Part shown: positions 11,701 through 23,589 of the stretch, piece by piece
Layout: each line of letters begins with the position of its first letter
How positions within the stretch are numbered: the first letter of the stretch is position 1
NCBI GenBank assembly: GCA_002269645.1
Contig: NIVC01000494.1
Location: forward strand, 1-64,000
DNA from: Macrostomum lignano
Taxonomy: Eukaryota
Length of the DNA: 64,000 nt
Direction of reading: 5' to 3'
The notes under the pieces: generated by a model
The model's database searches: none
The model's input: only the letters and a program-made list of their open reading frames with translations
What the model was told of the DNA's origin: nothing
Program-made: the position numbers and the translations under genes

Positions 11701-14700
11701 ACTAGGTGGTAAAATTCGGCGGTCTCGCTGGTCACCCTGTTGAGCATAAACTGGGCCTCCAGCGTGAGGAAACATGCTTCCGGGTTGTTGCGATAGAAGA
11801 TTGGCAGCTTCAGGTGAGCCAGGGAGACTAAAGCGGTGTCGGTGGCGGCCGCACCACTGGTGCGGCCGAACTTGGTGCAGCTTGCGTAGTTGTAGGTGGT
11901 GTAGGAGCGGAACTGTTGCTGGCACTGTCCGTCATTGGATTCGTCTTATGTGAGTACTGAGTATGCGGGTATAATATCTTTCGCCGCCTCACCGGACCAA
12001 TTTGTAGTTTCACTACAAACCTAATTAAATTCTTGACCAAAGTGAAATAAACTGAACAAAAGAAAACTCAGCTAACTAAACTTAAACTTAATTAAACTTA
12101 ACTAATAACTACACACTCGGATAATTTCAAATAAAAAACCTAAACAAAATTCCGAAGTTGACATAATGAACAAAACTGATCTAAATTAAAATTATCTACA
12201 TTTACTTAACGTTCTTAAATTAAAGCTAATAATAATTATTAACTATAAGTCAACAAAAGATCTGAAAGATATTATGTTAAATTTACCACCAAACTACTCA
12301 AAAAAACTAAACCAGATAAAAACCAGATAAACCAGATAAAAGAAACCAAACTGAGCCAACTAAACTTGATTAAAACAAATTTAAACACGCCAACTTACGG
12401 AATTCAGATAGTTACCGATCTTCAGTATCAGATGCAGTACTAGCAATCTTCGCCCCCCGATGGGGGACATCTGGATAGAATCTCTGTTCTCTACAAGTAA
12501 CAAAAAGACAGCCAAAAATCCTTCACAAAGACAACAGACAAACTGCTCAAATGAAGTGAATTCCAATAAGAAATCTTCCCAAGACCACAAGCATCCCCCA
12601 GATAGCAAGCATTCCCCCAGATAGCAAGCATTCCCCAGATAGCAAGCATCCCTCAAATAGCAAGCATCCCCCAGATAGCAAGCATCCCCCAGATAGCAAG
12701 CATCCCCCAGATAGCAAGCATCCCCCAGATAGCAAGCATCCCCCAGATAGCAAGCATCCCCCAGATAGCAAGCATCCCCCAGATAGCAAGCATTCCCCAG
12801 ATAGCAAGCATTCCCCAGATAGCAAGCATTCCCCAGATAAGCATTCCCCAGATAGCAAGCATCACTCAGATAGCAAGCATCCACCAGATAGCAAACATCC
12901 CCCAGATAGCAAGCATCGCCCAAATAGCAAGCATTCCCCAGATAAGCATTCCCCAGATAGCAAGCATCACTCAGATAGCAAGCATCCACCAGATAGCAAG
13001 CATCCCCCAGATAGCAAGCATCCCCCAGATAGCAAGCATCCCCCAGATAGCAAGCATCCCTCAGATAGCAAGCATCCCCCAGATAGCAAGCATCCCCCAG
13101 ATAGCAAGCATCCCTCCAGATAGCAAGCATCCCCCAGATAGCAAGCATCCCTCAGATAGCAAGCATCCCCCAGATAGCAAGCATCCCCCAGATAGCAAGC
13201 ATCCCCCAGATAGCAAGCATCCCCCAGATAGCAAGCATCCCCCAGATAGCAAGCATCCCTCAGATAGCAAGCATCCCCCAGATAGCAAGCATCCCTCCAG
13301 ATAGCAAGCATCCCCCAGATAGCAAGCATCCCCCAGATAGCAAGCATCCCCCAGATAGCAAGCATCCCCCAGATAGCAAGCATCTCCCAGATATCAAGCA
13401 TCCTCCAGATAGCAAGCGTCCCTCAGATAGCAAGCATCCCCCAGATAGCAAGCATCCTCCAGATAGCAAGCATCCCCCAGATAGCAAGCATCCTCCAGAT
13501 AGCAAGCATCCCCCAGATAGCAAGCATCCCCCAGATAGCAAACATCCCCCAGATAGCAAGCATCGCCCAAATAGCAAGCATTCCCCAGATAAGCATTCCC
13601 CAGATAGCAAGCATCACTCAGATAGCAAGCATCCACCAAATAGCAAGCATCCCTCAGATAGCAAGCATCCCCAGATAGCAAGCATCCCCCAGATAGCAAG
13701 CATCCCCCAGATAGCAAGCATTCCCCAGATAAGCATTCCCCAGATAGCAAGCATTCCCCAGATAAGCATTCCCCAGATAGCAAGCATCCCCCAGATAGCA
13801 AGCATCCCCCAGATAGCAAGCATTCCCCAGATAAGCATTCCCCAGATAGCAAGCATCACTCAGATAGCAAGCATCCACCAGATAGCAAGCATCGCTCAGA
13901 TAGCAAGCATCCCCCAGATAGCAAGCATCCCCCAGATAGCAAGCATCCCCCAGATAGCAAGCATCCTCCAGATAGCAAGCATCCCCCAGATAGCAAGTAT
14001 CCCCCAGATAGCAAGCATTCCCCAGATAAGCATTCCCCAGATAGCAAGCATCACTCAGATAGCAAGCATCCACCAGATAGCAAGCATCCCTCAGATAGCA
14101 AGCATCCCCCAGATAGCAAGCATCCCCCAGATAGCAAGCATCCCCCAAATAGCAAGCATCCTCCAGATAGCAAGCATCCCCCAGATAGCAAACATCCCCC
14201 AGATAGCAAGCATCGCCCAAATAGCAAGCATTCCCCAGATAGGCATTCCCCAGATAGCAAGCATCACTCAGATAGCAAGCATCCACCAAATAGCAAGCAT
14301 CCCTCAGATAGCAAGCATCCCCCAGATAGCAAGCATCCCCCAGATAGCAAGCATCCCCCAGATAGCAAGCATCCCCCAGATAGCAAGCATCCTCCAGATA
14401 GCAAGCATCCCCCAGATAGCAAGCATCCACCAGATAGCAAGCATCCCTCAGATAGCAAGCATCCCCCAGATAGCAAGCATCCCCCAGATAGCAAGCATCT
14501 CCCAGATAGCAAGCATCCTCTAGATAGCAAGCATCCCCCAGATAGCAAGCATCCTCCAGATAGCAAGCATCCCCCAGATAGCAAGCATCCCCCAGATAGC
14601 AAGCATCCCCCAGATAGCAAACATCCTCCAGATAGCAAGCATCCCTCAGATAGCAAGCATTCCCCAGATAGCAAGCATTCCCCAGATAAGCATTCCCCAG

Positions 14701-17700
14701 ATAGCAAGCATCACTCAGATAGCAAGCATCCACCAGATAGCAAGCATCCCCCAGATAGCAAGCATCCCCCAGATAGCAAGCATCCCCCAGATAGCAAACA
14801 TCCTCCAGATAGCAAGCATCCCTCAGATAGCAAGCATTCCCCAGATAGCAAGCATTCCCCAGATAAGCATTCCCCAGATAGCAAGCATCACTCAGATAGC
14901 AAGCATCCCCCAGATAGCAAGCATCCTCTAGATAGCAAGCATCCCCCAGATAGCAAGCATCCCCCAGATAGCAAGCATCCCCCAGATAGCAAACATCCTC
15001 CAGATAGCAAGCATCCCTCAGATAGCAAGCATTCCCCAGATAGCAAGCATTCCCCAGATAAGCATTCCCCAGATAGCAAGCATCCCTCAGATAGCAAGCA
15101 TCGCCCAGATAGCAAGCATCCTCCAGATAGCAAGCATCCCCCAGATAGCAAGCATCCTCCAGATAGCAAGCATCGCCCAAATAGCAAGCATTCCCCAGAT
15201 AGCAAGCATTCCCCAGATAAGCATTCCCCAGATAGCAAGCATCACTCAGATAGCAAGCATCCACCAGATAGCAAGCATCCCTCAGATAGCAAGCATACCC
15301 CAAATAGCAAGCATCACTCAGATAGCAAGCATCCCTCAGATAGCAAGCATCCCCCAGATAGCAAGCATCACTCAGATAGCAAGCATCCCTCAGATAGCAA
15401 GCATCCACCAGATAGCAAGCATCCCTCAGATAGCAAGCATCCCTCAGATAGCAAGCATCCACCAGATAGCAAGCATCCCTCAGATAGCAAGCATCCCCCA
15501 AATTGCAAGCATCGCCCAGATAGCAAGCATCCCCCAGAAAGCAAGCATCCTCCAAATAGCAAGCATCCCCCAGATAGATAGCATCCCCAAATAGCAAGCA
15601 TCCTCCAAATAGCAAGCATCCCCCAGATAGATAGCATCCCCAAATAGCAACCATCCACCAGACAATAAGTAGCTAGAGCGACAATTTCCTTAGCTTAATA
15701 GTGGCTCCTTTAAATTGGCATGGCGCTTTATACCTTTACATTTGAAATTGTATATCTTGAATGTTTGACATGGTGGCTCTTCTATGTTTGACATAGTGGC
15801 TCTTCCATGTTTGACATGTTGGCTCTTTTATGTTTGACATGGTGGCTCTTTTATGTTTGACATGGTGGCTCTTCTATGTTTGACATGGTGGCTTTTTTAG
15901 GTTTGACATGGTGGCTCTTTTATGTTTGACATGTTGGCTTTTTAATGTTCGACATGGTGGCCCTTTAATGTTCGACATGGTGGCTCTTTTAGGTTTGAAA
16001 TGGTGGCTCTTTAATGTTTTACATGGTGGCTCTTTGATGTTTGACATGGTGGCTCTTTAATATTCTACATTGTGGCTCTTAAGTGTTCGAAATGGTGGCT
16101 CTTTAATGTTCGACATGGTAGCTCTTTTATATTCGACATGGTGGCTGTTTTAGGTTTGACATGGTGGCTCTTAAATGTTTGAGATGGTGGCTCTTTAATG
16201 TTCGACATGGTGGCTCTTTAATGTTTGACATGGTGGCTCTTTAATGTTTGACATGGTGGCTCTTTAATATTCTACATTGTGGCTCTTAAGTGTTCGAAAA
16301 GGTGGCTCTTTAATGTTCGAAATGGTGGCTCTTTTTTGTTCTACATGGTAACTCTTTTATATTTGATACGGTGGCTTTTTTAATGTCTGACATGTTGGCT
16401 CTTTTATGTTTGACATGGTGGCTCTTTAATGTTCGACAAAGTGGCTCCTAAATGTTTGACATAGTGGCTCTTTAATGTTCAAAATGGTGGCTCTTTTATG
16501 TTTGACATGTTGGCTGTTTTATGTTTGACATGGTGGCTCTTTTATATTCGACATGGCGGCTCTTTGATGTTCGAAATGGTGGCTCTTTTATGTTCGACAT
16601 GGTGGCTCTTTAATGTTCGAAATGGTGGCTCTTTAATGTTTAACATGGTGGCTCTTTAATGTTTAACATGGTGGCTCTTTAATATTCTTCATGTTATAGC
16701 TCTTTTATGTTTGACATGGTGGCTCTTTATGTTTGACATGTTGGCTCTTTTATGTTTAACATGTTGGCTCTTTTATGTTTGACATGGTGTCTCTTTAATG
16801 TTCGAAATGGTGGCTCTTTTTTGTTCTACATGGTAACTCTTTTATATTTGATACGGTGGCTTTTTAATGTCTGACATGTTGGCTCTTTTATGTTTGACAT
16901 GGTGGCTCTTTAATGTTCGAAAAAGTGGCTCCTGAATGTTTGACAAAGTGGCTCTTTGATGTTCGAAATAGTGGCTCTTTTATCGTCGACATGGTGGCTC
17001 TTTAATGTTCGAAATGGTCGCTTTTTAATGTTCGAAATAGTGGCTCTTTAATGTTCGAAATGGTCGCTTTTTAATGTTCGAAATAGTGGCTCTTTTATGT
17101 TCGAAATGGTGGTTCTTTAATGTTCGAAATGGTGGCTCTTTTATGATTTACATGGTGGCTCTTTTATGTTCGACATGGTGGCTCTTTTATGATTGACATG
17201 GTGGCTCTTTTGTGTTTGACATGGTGTCTCTTCTGTGTTCGACATGGTGGCACTTTTATGTTTGGCATGGTGGCTCTTTTATATTTGACATTGCGCTTCT
17301 TTTATGTTTAGCATTTTGTGTTTTAAAGTGTTTTAATAAAAAAATTATTTTGCACTACTAAGATTCGAACCCAGGTCGCTACATTAGCAGTCCAGTCTGT
17401 TCGCATCTTGGCTATCTCTTTTCAATTGGAGAACATGAATTGTGGCCCTTATAATTCAATTCTTATAGCAAGTCAGTTAGAGTAAAAAGTTATGACATAA
17501 TCAATTTCTCAGTCAGCCAGTATCAGTCTCAATTCAAGTTTGCAATATGGTTACGCAATTACAATCAAGTCTTGTGTGCATTTTTTCGACACTGTTTTCA
17601 TCTTGTTGTGATGCAATCTTTATCACAATTGAAATTCAGTCAGTCAGTTTTTTCTCTCGCATTTTACAATGCATTTCAGGTCGAAAGAGCTGCTTGACCT

Positions 17701-18167
17701 TTGCAAAAAAGCATGTTTTTCGAATATTTAATCCCTTTAAAATTGAGCAATTTCTTAGCCAAGATGCATGTACCGTCCCAGGAAAATTTCTGATCAAATG
17801 GTGCAAGTTTGAAGAAAATCGGTTGAGCCAATTTTTCTGAAATCTATCGCATAGCTAGATAGATAGATACAGACAACTCATTTTTAGTATATTGGATATC
17901 GCGTAGACTTTGAGAATGAAGAATATCTGAAAATCAATGACTTTATCAAGTTAAATAAGTTCTTAACAAAATTATAGTGATAATTGAAAAATGACAACTA
18001 ACAAACCTCTGCAGGTGTCGATCACGCTGTCAAGGTTGATCAGGACGTCATCCATTTGGGCTTGGTATTCCGCCCTGGTTAAAAGCATCTCCAGATGGCT
18101 GGCGAAACTGCGATTTTGTTTGTTGGGAATAATACTGCTACTACTACTACTATTAATAATGTTTATA

Positions 18168-18216
<49 letters not shown>

Positions 18217-21200
18217 TAATAACAATAATTGATTACACCTGCCCTAATGGCCAGATGTGCAACCGACAGCTCAGCCGCAGCTATTGCGCGGCGCATCTGA
18301 AGGCTGCGTACGGCTGTTCAGTCCAAGGACTGGGGGGTCGCCACACACAGCCTCAAATACTCCAGCTAATGCTGGCACCCATTTTACAGCTGGGTGAACT
18401 GAAGCAATGCAGGAGTTTAAGTGTCTTTCTCAAAGTGACATTGTTTCAGTAGGATCTGGTATCGAACCTCCGACCGAGCTTAATTCTTGTTGGAAAGCTT
18501 CGATAGAAACTGCTGACTGACACAAAGTATAAACAAAATAATATATTTGCACTGTACTAGAGATTCACTTGATAGAAAACAGACAAGCAATAGTAGACTA
18601 GAGATTAGAGACTAGAGATTAGATATTAGACAATAAAGCCTTGAGATTAGAGACTTAAAATTAGAGACTTGAGATTAGAGACTTGAGATTAGAGACCTGA
18701 GATTAGAGACTAGAGAACAGAAGCTAAGAGGTTAGACACTACGAGCTAGAGATTAGAGAAAAGTAAATGAGATCTGAGACTAGAAATAAGCAATTAAAAT
18801 GAGACAGATGACGGAAAGACACATCGAGAGTCTAGTAGAAAGGAAGGCCACAGTCATACCTAGCGGCGATGCTATTTGCAAAGGGTTCGTGCAATAAAAA
18901 GCTGTTTTTACTGCCCACATCAGCTGTGTCTCGTTCAGCCTGTTTAGATTTCTCGACGCTTAATTCCGGAAGCAGAACTTTACAATCCTGATCGACATTG
19001 CAAGTGTTCGCCCTAAAATGTCAATCGCCATCGCATTGAAGCCCCGCTGCACCGCCATACCACACTTGGGCATTGTCTCCAAGCTCGTAGACAGGTGGGG
19101 AGAGCTTCGCTAAGCAATAAATATTTATGGACCAACCGACGGGTTCAACCGACAAAGTTTTGGGGGAACTAGGTCGAATCAGGAATATTCGTTGGTTCCG
19201 CATCAATACGGTATAGGGCAAGAGTGCATCTTACAAAAGCAGCAACCGATGTGCCTACATGGAATCGCATAGCCAATGCCAATGTACACAGACTTGGGTA
19301 AGGGGATGTCTGTACGGAGGGGTGCACATTGTCCTGGGCTGTACGTACATAACCCGGTACGTACTGGAACCGGGATTGAGGTACTAGCTTGACATTTCCT
19401 GATGAAACATCCTCTGGTAATTCAAGGCAAGTGTGCGCCGCCAACATAGCCACTGTATTGGTTTGATTAGTTAACATTATTCGGGGACAGAGTGAAATGT
19501 CGAATGGTTAATGACAAAAGGACTGTTACTAAAAGTTCGCGGAGACTGTCATATCAATGCTCTGTGTTTTTTTCCTCAGCAAAATTCACTAACGAGAAGA
19601 CGTCCGCATCAACTCCTACCTGTCACCCACCTCAGCATCCTCAACTCCTACCTGTCACCCACCTCAGCATCATCAACTCCCAACTGTCACCCACCTCAGC
19701 ATCCTCAACTCCCACCTGTCACCCACAGCATCCTCAACTCTTCCCGGTCACCCACCTCAACATCATCAACTCCCAACTGTCACCCACCTCAGCATCATCA
19801 ACTCCCAACTGTCACTCACCTCAGCATCATCAATTTAGTCACCCACCTCAGCATCATCATCAACTCCCACCTGTCACCCACCTCAGCATCATGTCAACTT
19901 TACGAGGTGAAACAGCCGATAAAGCGCCACAGGTACTCACTGCTTATTCTGTGCCAACAGGTACACAAACTTTGAGGCCATATCCAATCGCTCTGGATCT
20001 CCATGGTAACCAGTTATTCGGTCCAACTCGTTGCTGTCAGGCAAATTTTTCAGCAACTCCTTCAATTGATTGGCTGTCAGTTGATTGTCCGAATTCTCGT
20101 CCTGACTCCGGCTGCTTAGCAACCAGGCGACTGTGTGCTCTACTGGCTGACGGAACTGACGCAACAGTATGCTCAGGCTGAGGCACTTGCGCTGGTCTAG
20201 CAAAGCGATCTGCGGGTCGAGAGTGGATGATGTCATTTAATCCAGCTCTAATCCAACTCTAATCCAACTCTAATCCAACTCTAATCTAACTCTATTCCAA
20301 CTCTAATCCAACTCTAATCCAACTCTAATCCAACTCTTAATCCAACTCTAATCCAACTCTAGTCCAACTCTAATCCAACTCTAATCCAACTCTAGTCCAA
20401 CTCTAATCCAACTCTAATCCAACTCTAATCCAACTCTAGTCCAACTCTAATCCAACTCTAATCCAACTCTAGTCCAACTCTAGTCCAACTCTAATCCAAC
20501 TCTAATCCAACTCTAGTCCAACTCTAATCCAACTCTAATCCAACTCTAATCCAACTCTAGTCCAACTCTAATCCAACTCTAATCCAACTCTAATCCAACT
20601 CTAATCCAACTCTAATCCAACTCTAGTCCAACTCTAATCCAACTCTAATCCAACTCTAATCCAACTCTAATCCAACTCTAATCCAACTCTAATCCAACTC
20701 TAGTCCAACTCTAATCCAACTCTCAAACACATTGTCAGAACTATCTTATCTGTTTTAGAAAATAAACAAGAATCTGCAGCTCAGTAAAAAGTCAGATACG
20801 GAAAGCTTTGATAACGTTTGCCAGGCAATCATCCCTACCAGGTAAAATAGCGCAAATGTTGCGCTAAACGCAGCGAAACCAGAACCCCAACCCAAACTGC
20901 AGAATTGTAAAAGATGATTCATTCTGCGAGGCAAATACTCCTTGTTAGGGGATCTGAACTATTCCCCCCACCCCTCCTGGTAAGGTGAGATTTTCTGACA
21001 TTCTCCCTCTGCCTATCGAACTACGTCTGACCCGAACTGCTGCACAACCTGCTGCAGTTCTGCGCAACAAGAAAAGTTCTGTCTGCTTTGGGCAGCAGGA
21101 CGAAACTATGATGGAAAACGTGGCGTTTCTTCTTCAGGCCAGAATTCAAGAAATACTATACCGCATAGTACACACATTGCTGCACCACAGACCGGGTATG

Positions 21201-22146
21201 ACAATTGCAGAGCAGATCAGATACACAGTGACAGCAGATGAAGCCAATCAACACAACAGACTCACAAATAAAAACCAATACACAGCAGAAATCAAAGATG
21301 ACAAACACAGGTGCACAACAGAAGACACTGTAAAAACACAGGTGCACAACAGAAGACACTGTACAAACACCGGTGCACAACAGAAGACACTGTACAAACA
21401 CCGGTTAATTACAGAAGACACTGTACAATTACCGGTTAATTACAGAAGACACTGTACAAACACCGGTTAATTACAGAAGACACTGTACAAACACCAGTAC
21501 ACAACAGAAGACACTGTACAAACACCAGTACACAACAGAAGACACTGTACAAACACCAGTACACAACAGAAGACACTGTACAAACACCAGTACACAACAG
21601 AAGACACTGTACAAACACCAGTACACAAAGAAGACACTGTACAAACACCGGTGCACAACAGAAGACACTTCGTCTTGCAGCATAAGATCAAAATGCACCA
21701 AAACCTGCCGGTACCTCTTGATTTCTGTCAGAACTTCTTCGCTGATGAAAATCAACTCCGCTGACGCCGCCATTCAGCCGCCTGCTGTCATTGGCTGACT
21801 GATGGTCGACTGGCACGCTGAACAGCTCTTCTAACTGTTCGAAATCCACTTCAAGATTTTCGCCTAGCAGAGAAAACTGCTGCTGATGCTGATGCTGGCG
21901 ATGCTGATGCAGAGCCTGACTCCACACCGTCTGCTTGCCGCGGAGGCGACTGTGCGGCACAGCCGACCAAGCCAGTTTCTTCAGCTTCACCCGGGATGCC
22001 GCCGCGGAACTGCCGGGATGACCGACGGCTGCATCGCTAGATTGCGGCGGAGGCGGCGGCGGAGGCGGCGGAGGCGGAGGCGGAGGCGGGGGCGGTGGTG
22101 GAGGCGGAGGCGGCGTGGGCGGAGCTACCGAGTTTGGAGGTGGCAT
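7057..22146 (-). CDS. Formin (FH1-FH2 at the N-terminus, long low-complexity tail; inverted-formin/FHDC1-like architecture). Exons 22146-21715, 20209-19941, 18107-18007, 12490-12399, 10747-10634, 10404-10331, 9635-9515, 9191-8990, 8774-7057; 3123 nt, about 1040 aa
   Basis: A 23-Pro FH1 run is followed by FH2 motifs KLKKLAW, VDFEQLEELF, LLDQRK..LSILL, ILKIGNYLNS|GAAQLGNASGFRLHSLTKLGDIK and EYFCEE...FQLGDCF. All eight introns are GT-AG with matching phases, and the total length is divisible by 3. Confidence 0.9.
7325..7730. repeat. 30-bp minisatellite, about 13.5 copies, inside the formin terminal exon
   Basis: Unit ccacttccggtttgcttgcttccggttggt, encoding S(A/G/R)PTGSK(Q/K)TG. Confidence 0.95.
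8990..9191 (-). CDS. Formin exon 8 (end of FH2)
   Basis: ttttag|KSRHELQ...NLAEYFCEERGTFQLGDCFNILSTF...RH C|gtaatt. Confidence 0.85.
9215..9390. repeat. 51-bp tandem repeat, about 3.5 copies, intronic
   Basis: Unit gccacgaaacgtccgcatacatgtaagtcacgtgatctatgaggtcaa. Confidence 0.9.
9515..9635 (-). CDS. Formin exon 7
   Basis: ccacag|VNVEVISGDV...APFLQ|gtttgc. Confidence 0.85.
9770..10195. repeat. ~40-bp minisatellite, about 10 copies, intronic
   Basis: Unit gagtcagagatgccaagatgagtgtcatggggggcagtgg. Confidence 0.9.
10331..10404 (-). CDS. Formin exon 6
   Basis: ttgcag|AVARQNHEFLLELKSSMPNLSSAV AA|gtaagg. Confidence 0.8.
10634..10747 (-). CDS. Formin exon 5
   Basis: tgtttcag|GAAQLGNASGFRLHSLTKLGDIK...LYE|gtgcgc. 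Confidence 0.9.
10938..12017 (-). mobile_element. Ty3/gypsy LTR-retrotransposon remnant: gag with one frameshift, start of protease, and PBS; lies in a formin intron
   Basis: ATG at 11935. LKLPIFYRNNPEACFLTLEAQF resembles the gypsy gag N-terminal motif, and CRSHLYYGRRARSCRPWC is a CHCC-type knuckle. PBS-like TGGTCCGGTGAGGCGG at 11999-11984 lies 3 nt after ...CTACA. Confidence 0.75.
12399..12490 (-). CDS. Formin exon 4 (GNYLN motif)
   Basis: ttgtag|...LHLILKIGNYLNS|gtaagt. The acceptor position is less certain than the donor. Confidence 0.75.
12590..15660. repeat. 18-bp satellite, about 170 copies, intronic
   Basis: Unit caagcatcccccagatag with recurring variants. Confidence 0.97.
15760..17300. 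repeat. 23-bp minisatellite, about 65 copies
   Basis: Unit tgtttgacatggtggctctttta. Confidence 0.95.
17345..17420 (-). other. tRNA-derived remnant (SINE head or tRNA pseudogene, Ser-GCT-like anticodon loop)
   Basis: Minus strand shows TAGCCAAGATG (A-box-like), CTGGA-CTGCTAA-TGTAG (anticodon arm with one mismatch), CTGGG-TTCGAAT-CTTAG (T-arm/B-box) and a T7 run. There is no acceptor stem. Confidence 0.45.
17740..17900 (+). mobile_element. Possible end of a non-autonomous Helitron/Helentron-type repeat
   Basis: tgcaagtttgaagaaaatcggttgagc followed by a (GATA)n microsatellite and tttttagtatattggat, a layout seen in DINE-1/Lep1-like elements. Pattern recognition only. Confidence 0.3.
18007..18107 (-). 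CDS. Formin exon 3
   Basis: tcgcag|FASHLEMLLTRAEY...SVIDTCR G|gtttgt; phase 2 in, phase 1 out. Confidence 0.85.
18135..18490 (-). mobile_element. tRNA-derived SINE with CORE-like central domain and (TTA)n tail, 5' degraded
   Basis: Minus strand has B-box GGTTCGATACC (18468-18458), then GTCACTTTGAGAAAGACACTTAA...CAGCTGTAAAATGGG resembling the MIR/CORE domain, ending in an (ATT)n microsatellite at 18135-18230. Confidence 0.55.
18590..18790. repeat. Degenerate 14-bp minisatellite
   Basis: Unit gagattagagact(t/a). Confidence 0.85.
19600..19890. repeat. 32-35-bp minisatellite, about 8 copies
   Basis: Unit tcaactcccacctgtcacccacctcagcatc(c/at). Confidence 0.9.
19941..20209 (-). CDS. Formin exon 2 (FH2)
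   Basis: ccgcag|IALLDQRKCLSLSILL...LLAQNK CA|gtgagt. Confidence 0.9.
20244..20724. repeat. 11-bp minisatellite, about 43 copies
   Basis: Unit ccaactcta(a/g)t. Confidence 0.97.
21290..21670. repeat. 31-bp minisatellite, about 12 copies
   Basis: Unit acacaacagaagacactgtacaaacaccagt. Confidence 0.93.
21715..22146 (-). CDS. Formin coding exon 1 (FH1 poly-Pro and start of FH2)
   Basis: AAAGATG start context with in-frame stops upstream; donor GAG|GTACCG. Confidence 0.85.
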
Positions 22147-22714
22147 CTTTCTGCTGCTGCTGCTGCTGGCGGTTGGTGGCACCTGCCGTTATCAAGTTGA
22201 CTGCGTGGAAGGAACTGCCAGCAAGATCATGCGACAGCACGCAAGCTGACTGACTGGAATTGAAAGTAGAAGCTTAAAGGCTTACAGTGTGGCTGTTTGT
22301 GCAACGAAGGAGGAGAGGAGAGAGAAAGAGGAGAGAATCAGAACCAGTAGACGCCATGACGGCCCAATCAGACCCCGTTTGCCTGGAAGAAGCAGACTCG
22401 GCTGGCATGCAATGCAACTTTCAGCTTGCCGTCTATTGTATCGCTGAAGCAAGCGTTTCTTTGTGCGATTTTTTCCCGACAAGATCTGCTTCTTATCAAC
22501 TATCATTTTCTACTTGATACATTGTACACGCTGGTATTGTTTGACGCCATCAATTTCTGGAGAGACTAAAAAGTTTGCCTTTTTTCTGTTGCTGTCTGCT
22601 AAATGCTTTCGAGACCAGCTTGGAAATTGTGTGATTCCTGGGTGGCTGCCACATGGATGCCAAATTCCTAATCCACATCTGCTAATTCCTATTTCTCAAA
22701 CGTCAAATCCCGGT

Positions 22715-23015
22715 CTTTTAATCCTGGTCTTTTAATCCTGGTCTTTAAATCCTGGTCTTTTAATCCTGGTCTTTTAATCCTGGTCTTTTAATCCCAGTCT
22801 TTTAATCCCAGTCTTTTAATCCCAGTCTTTTAATCCCAGTCTTTTAATCCCGATCTTTTGATCCCGATCTTTTGATCCTGGTCTTTTAATCCCGGTCTTT
22901 AAATCCTGGTCTTTTGATCCCGGTCTTTTAATCCCGGTCTTTTAATCCCGATCTTTTAATCCTGGTCTTTTAATCCTGAACTTTTAATCCTGGTTTTTTA
23001 ATCTCAGTCTTCGAA
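22715..23015. repeat. 14-bp minisatellite, about 21 copies
   Basis: Unit tcttttaatcc(t/c)gg. Confidence 0.93.
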
Positions 23016-23589
23016 TCTGGGTCTTTTGAACCAGAACTTCGAAGCCTCCCAGTCTACATCAACCAACAGCACACGAAACTAGGCAAAAAGCGTGTATATA
23101 CAAAAATTTTTAGAAAACAAGATTACTAATCATACTTTTACAGCTAAATGTAAGTTTGACTAGCTACGTTTAGCCCGCACACTGTAAAATATGTTTAGCT
23201 AACAGCTTCTGTTTGTTGAATCATGCTTCGTAGATGAAATTTGAAGCCGTCAGAAATGCTGTGAGAAAATCTGCCTTTTTTGGTTTCCTATAATTTGCAG
23301 TGAGAATGTGAGACATAAACTCGAGAGCTATACTATTACGTACAAACTTAGCTAGATCTACCACATTGACAATAGGCTAGCTAGCTAGAACGAGAATTTC
23401 TAGCTACGACTTTTTACTGCCAGTTATAACTTCAGACTTACAAGTCAACTATACTGTAACACATTTATTATGCGCCAAATGCTGATAATGGTGCCAATTA
23501 GTTGCACGCTTGCCACACGCCCAAATGCTCATAGTGAGGTGACTCAGTCAGTTGAAATTCTTTTAGAAAGTCGTGCCAATGACCCAGAA

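Noticed and set aside
12381-15665. Many long ORFs (GDACYL, LLSGGC, WGMLAI repeats)
   Set aside because: Translations of an 18-bp intronic satellite that lacks stops in several frames.
18900-19480. Unique segment with 66- and 102-aa ORFs in formin intron 2
   Set aside because: No recognisable motif and no phase-compatible need for an extra exon.
20985-21470. 161-aa plus-strand ORF
   Set aside because: Starts at GTG, is antisense in a formin intron, runs into a 31-bp satellite and shows no motif.
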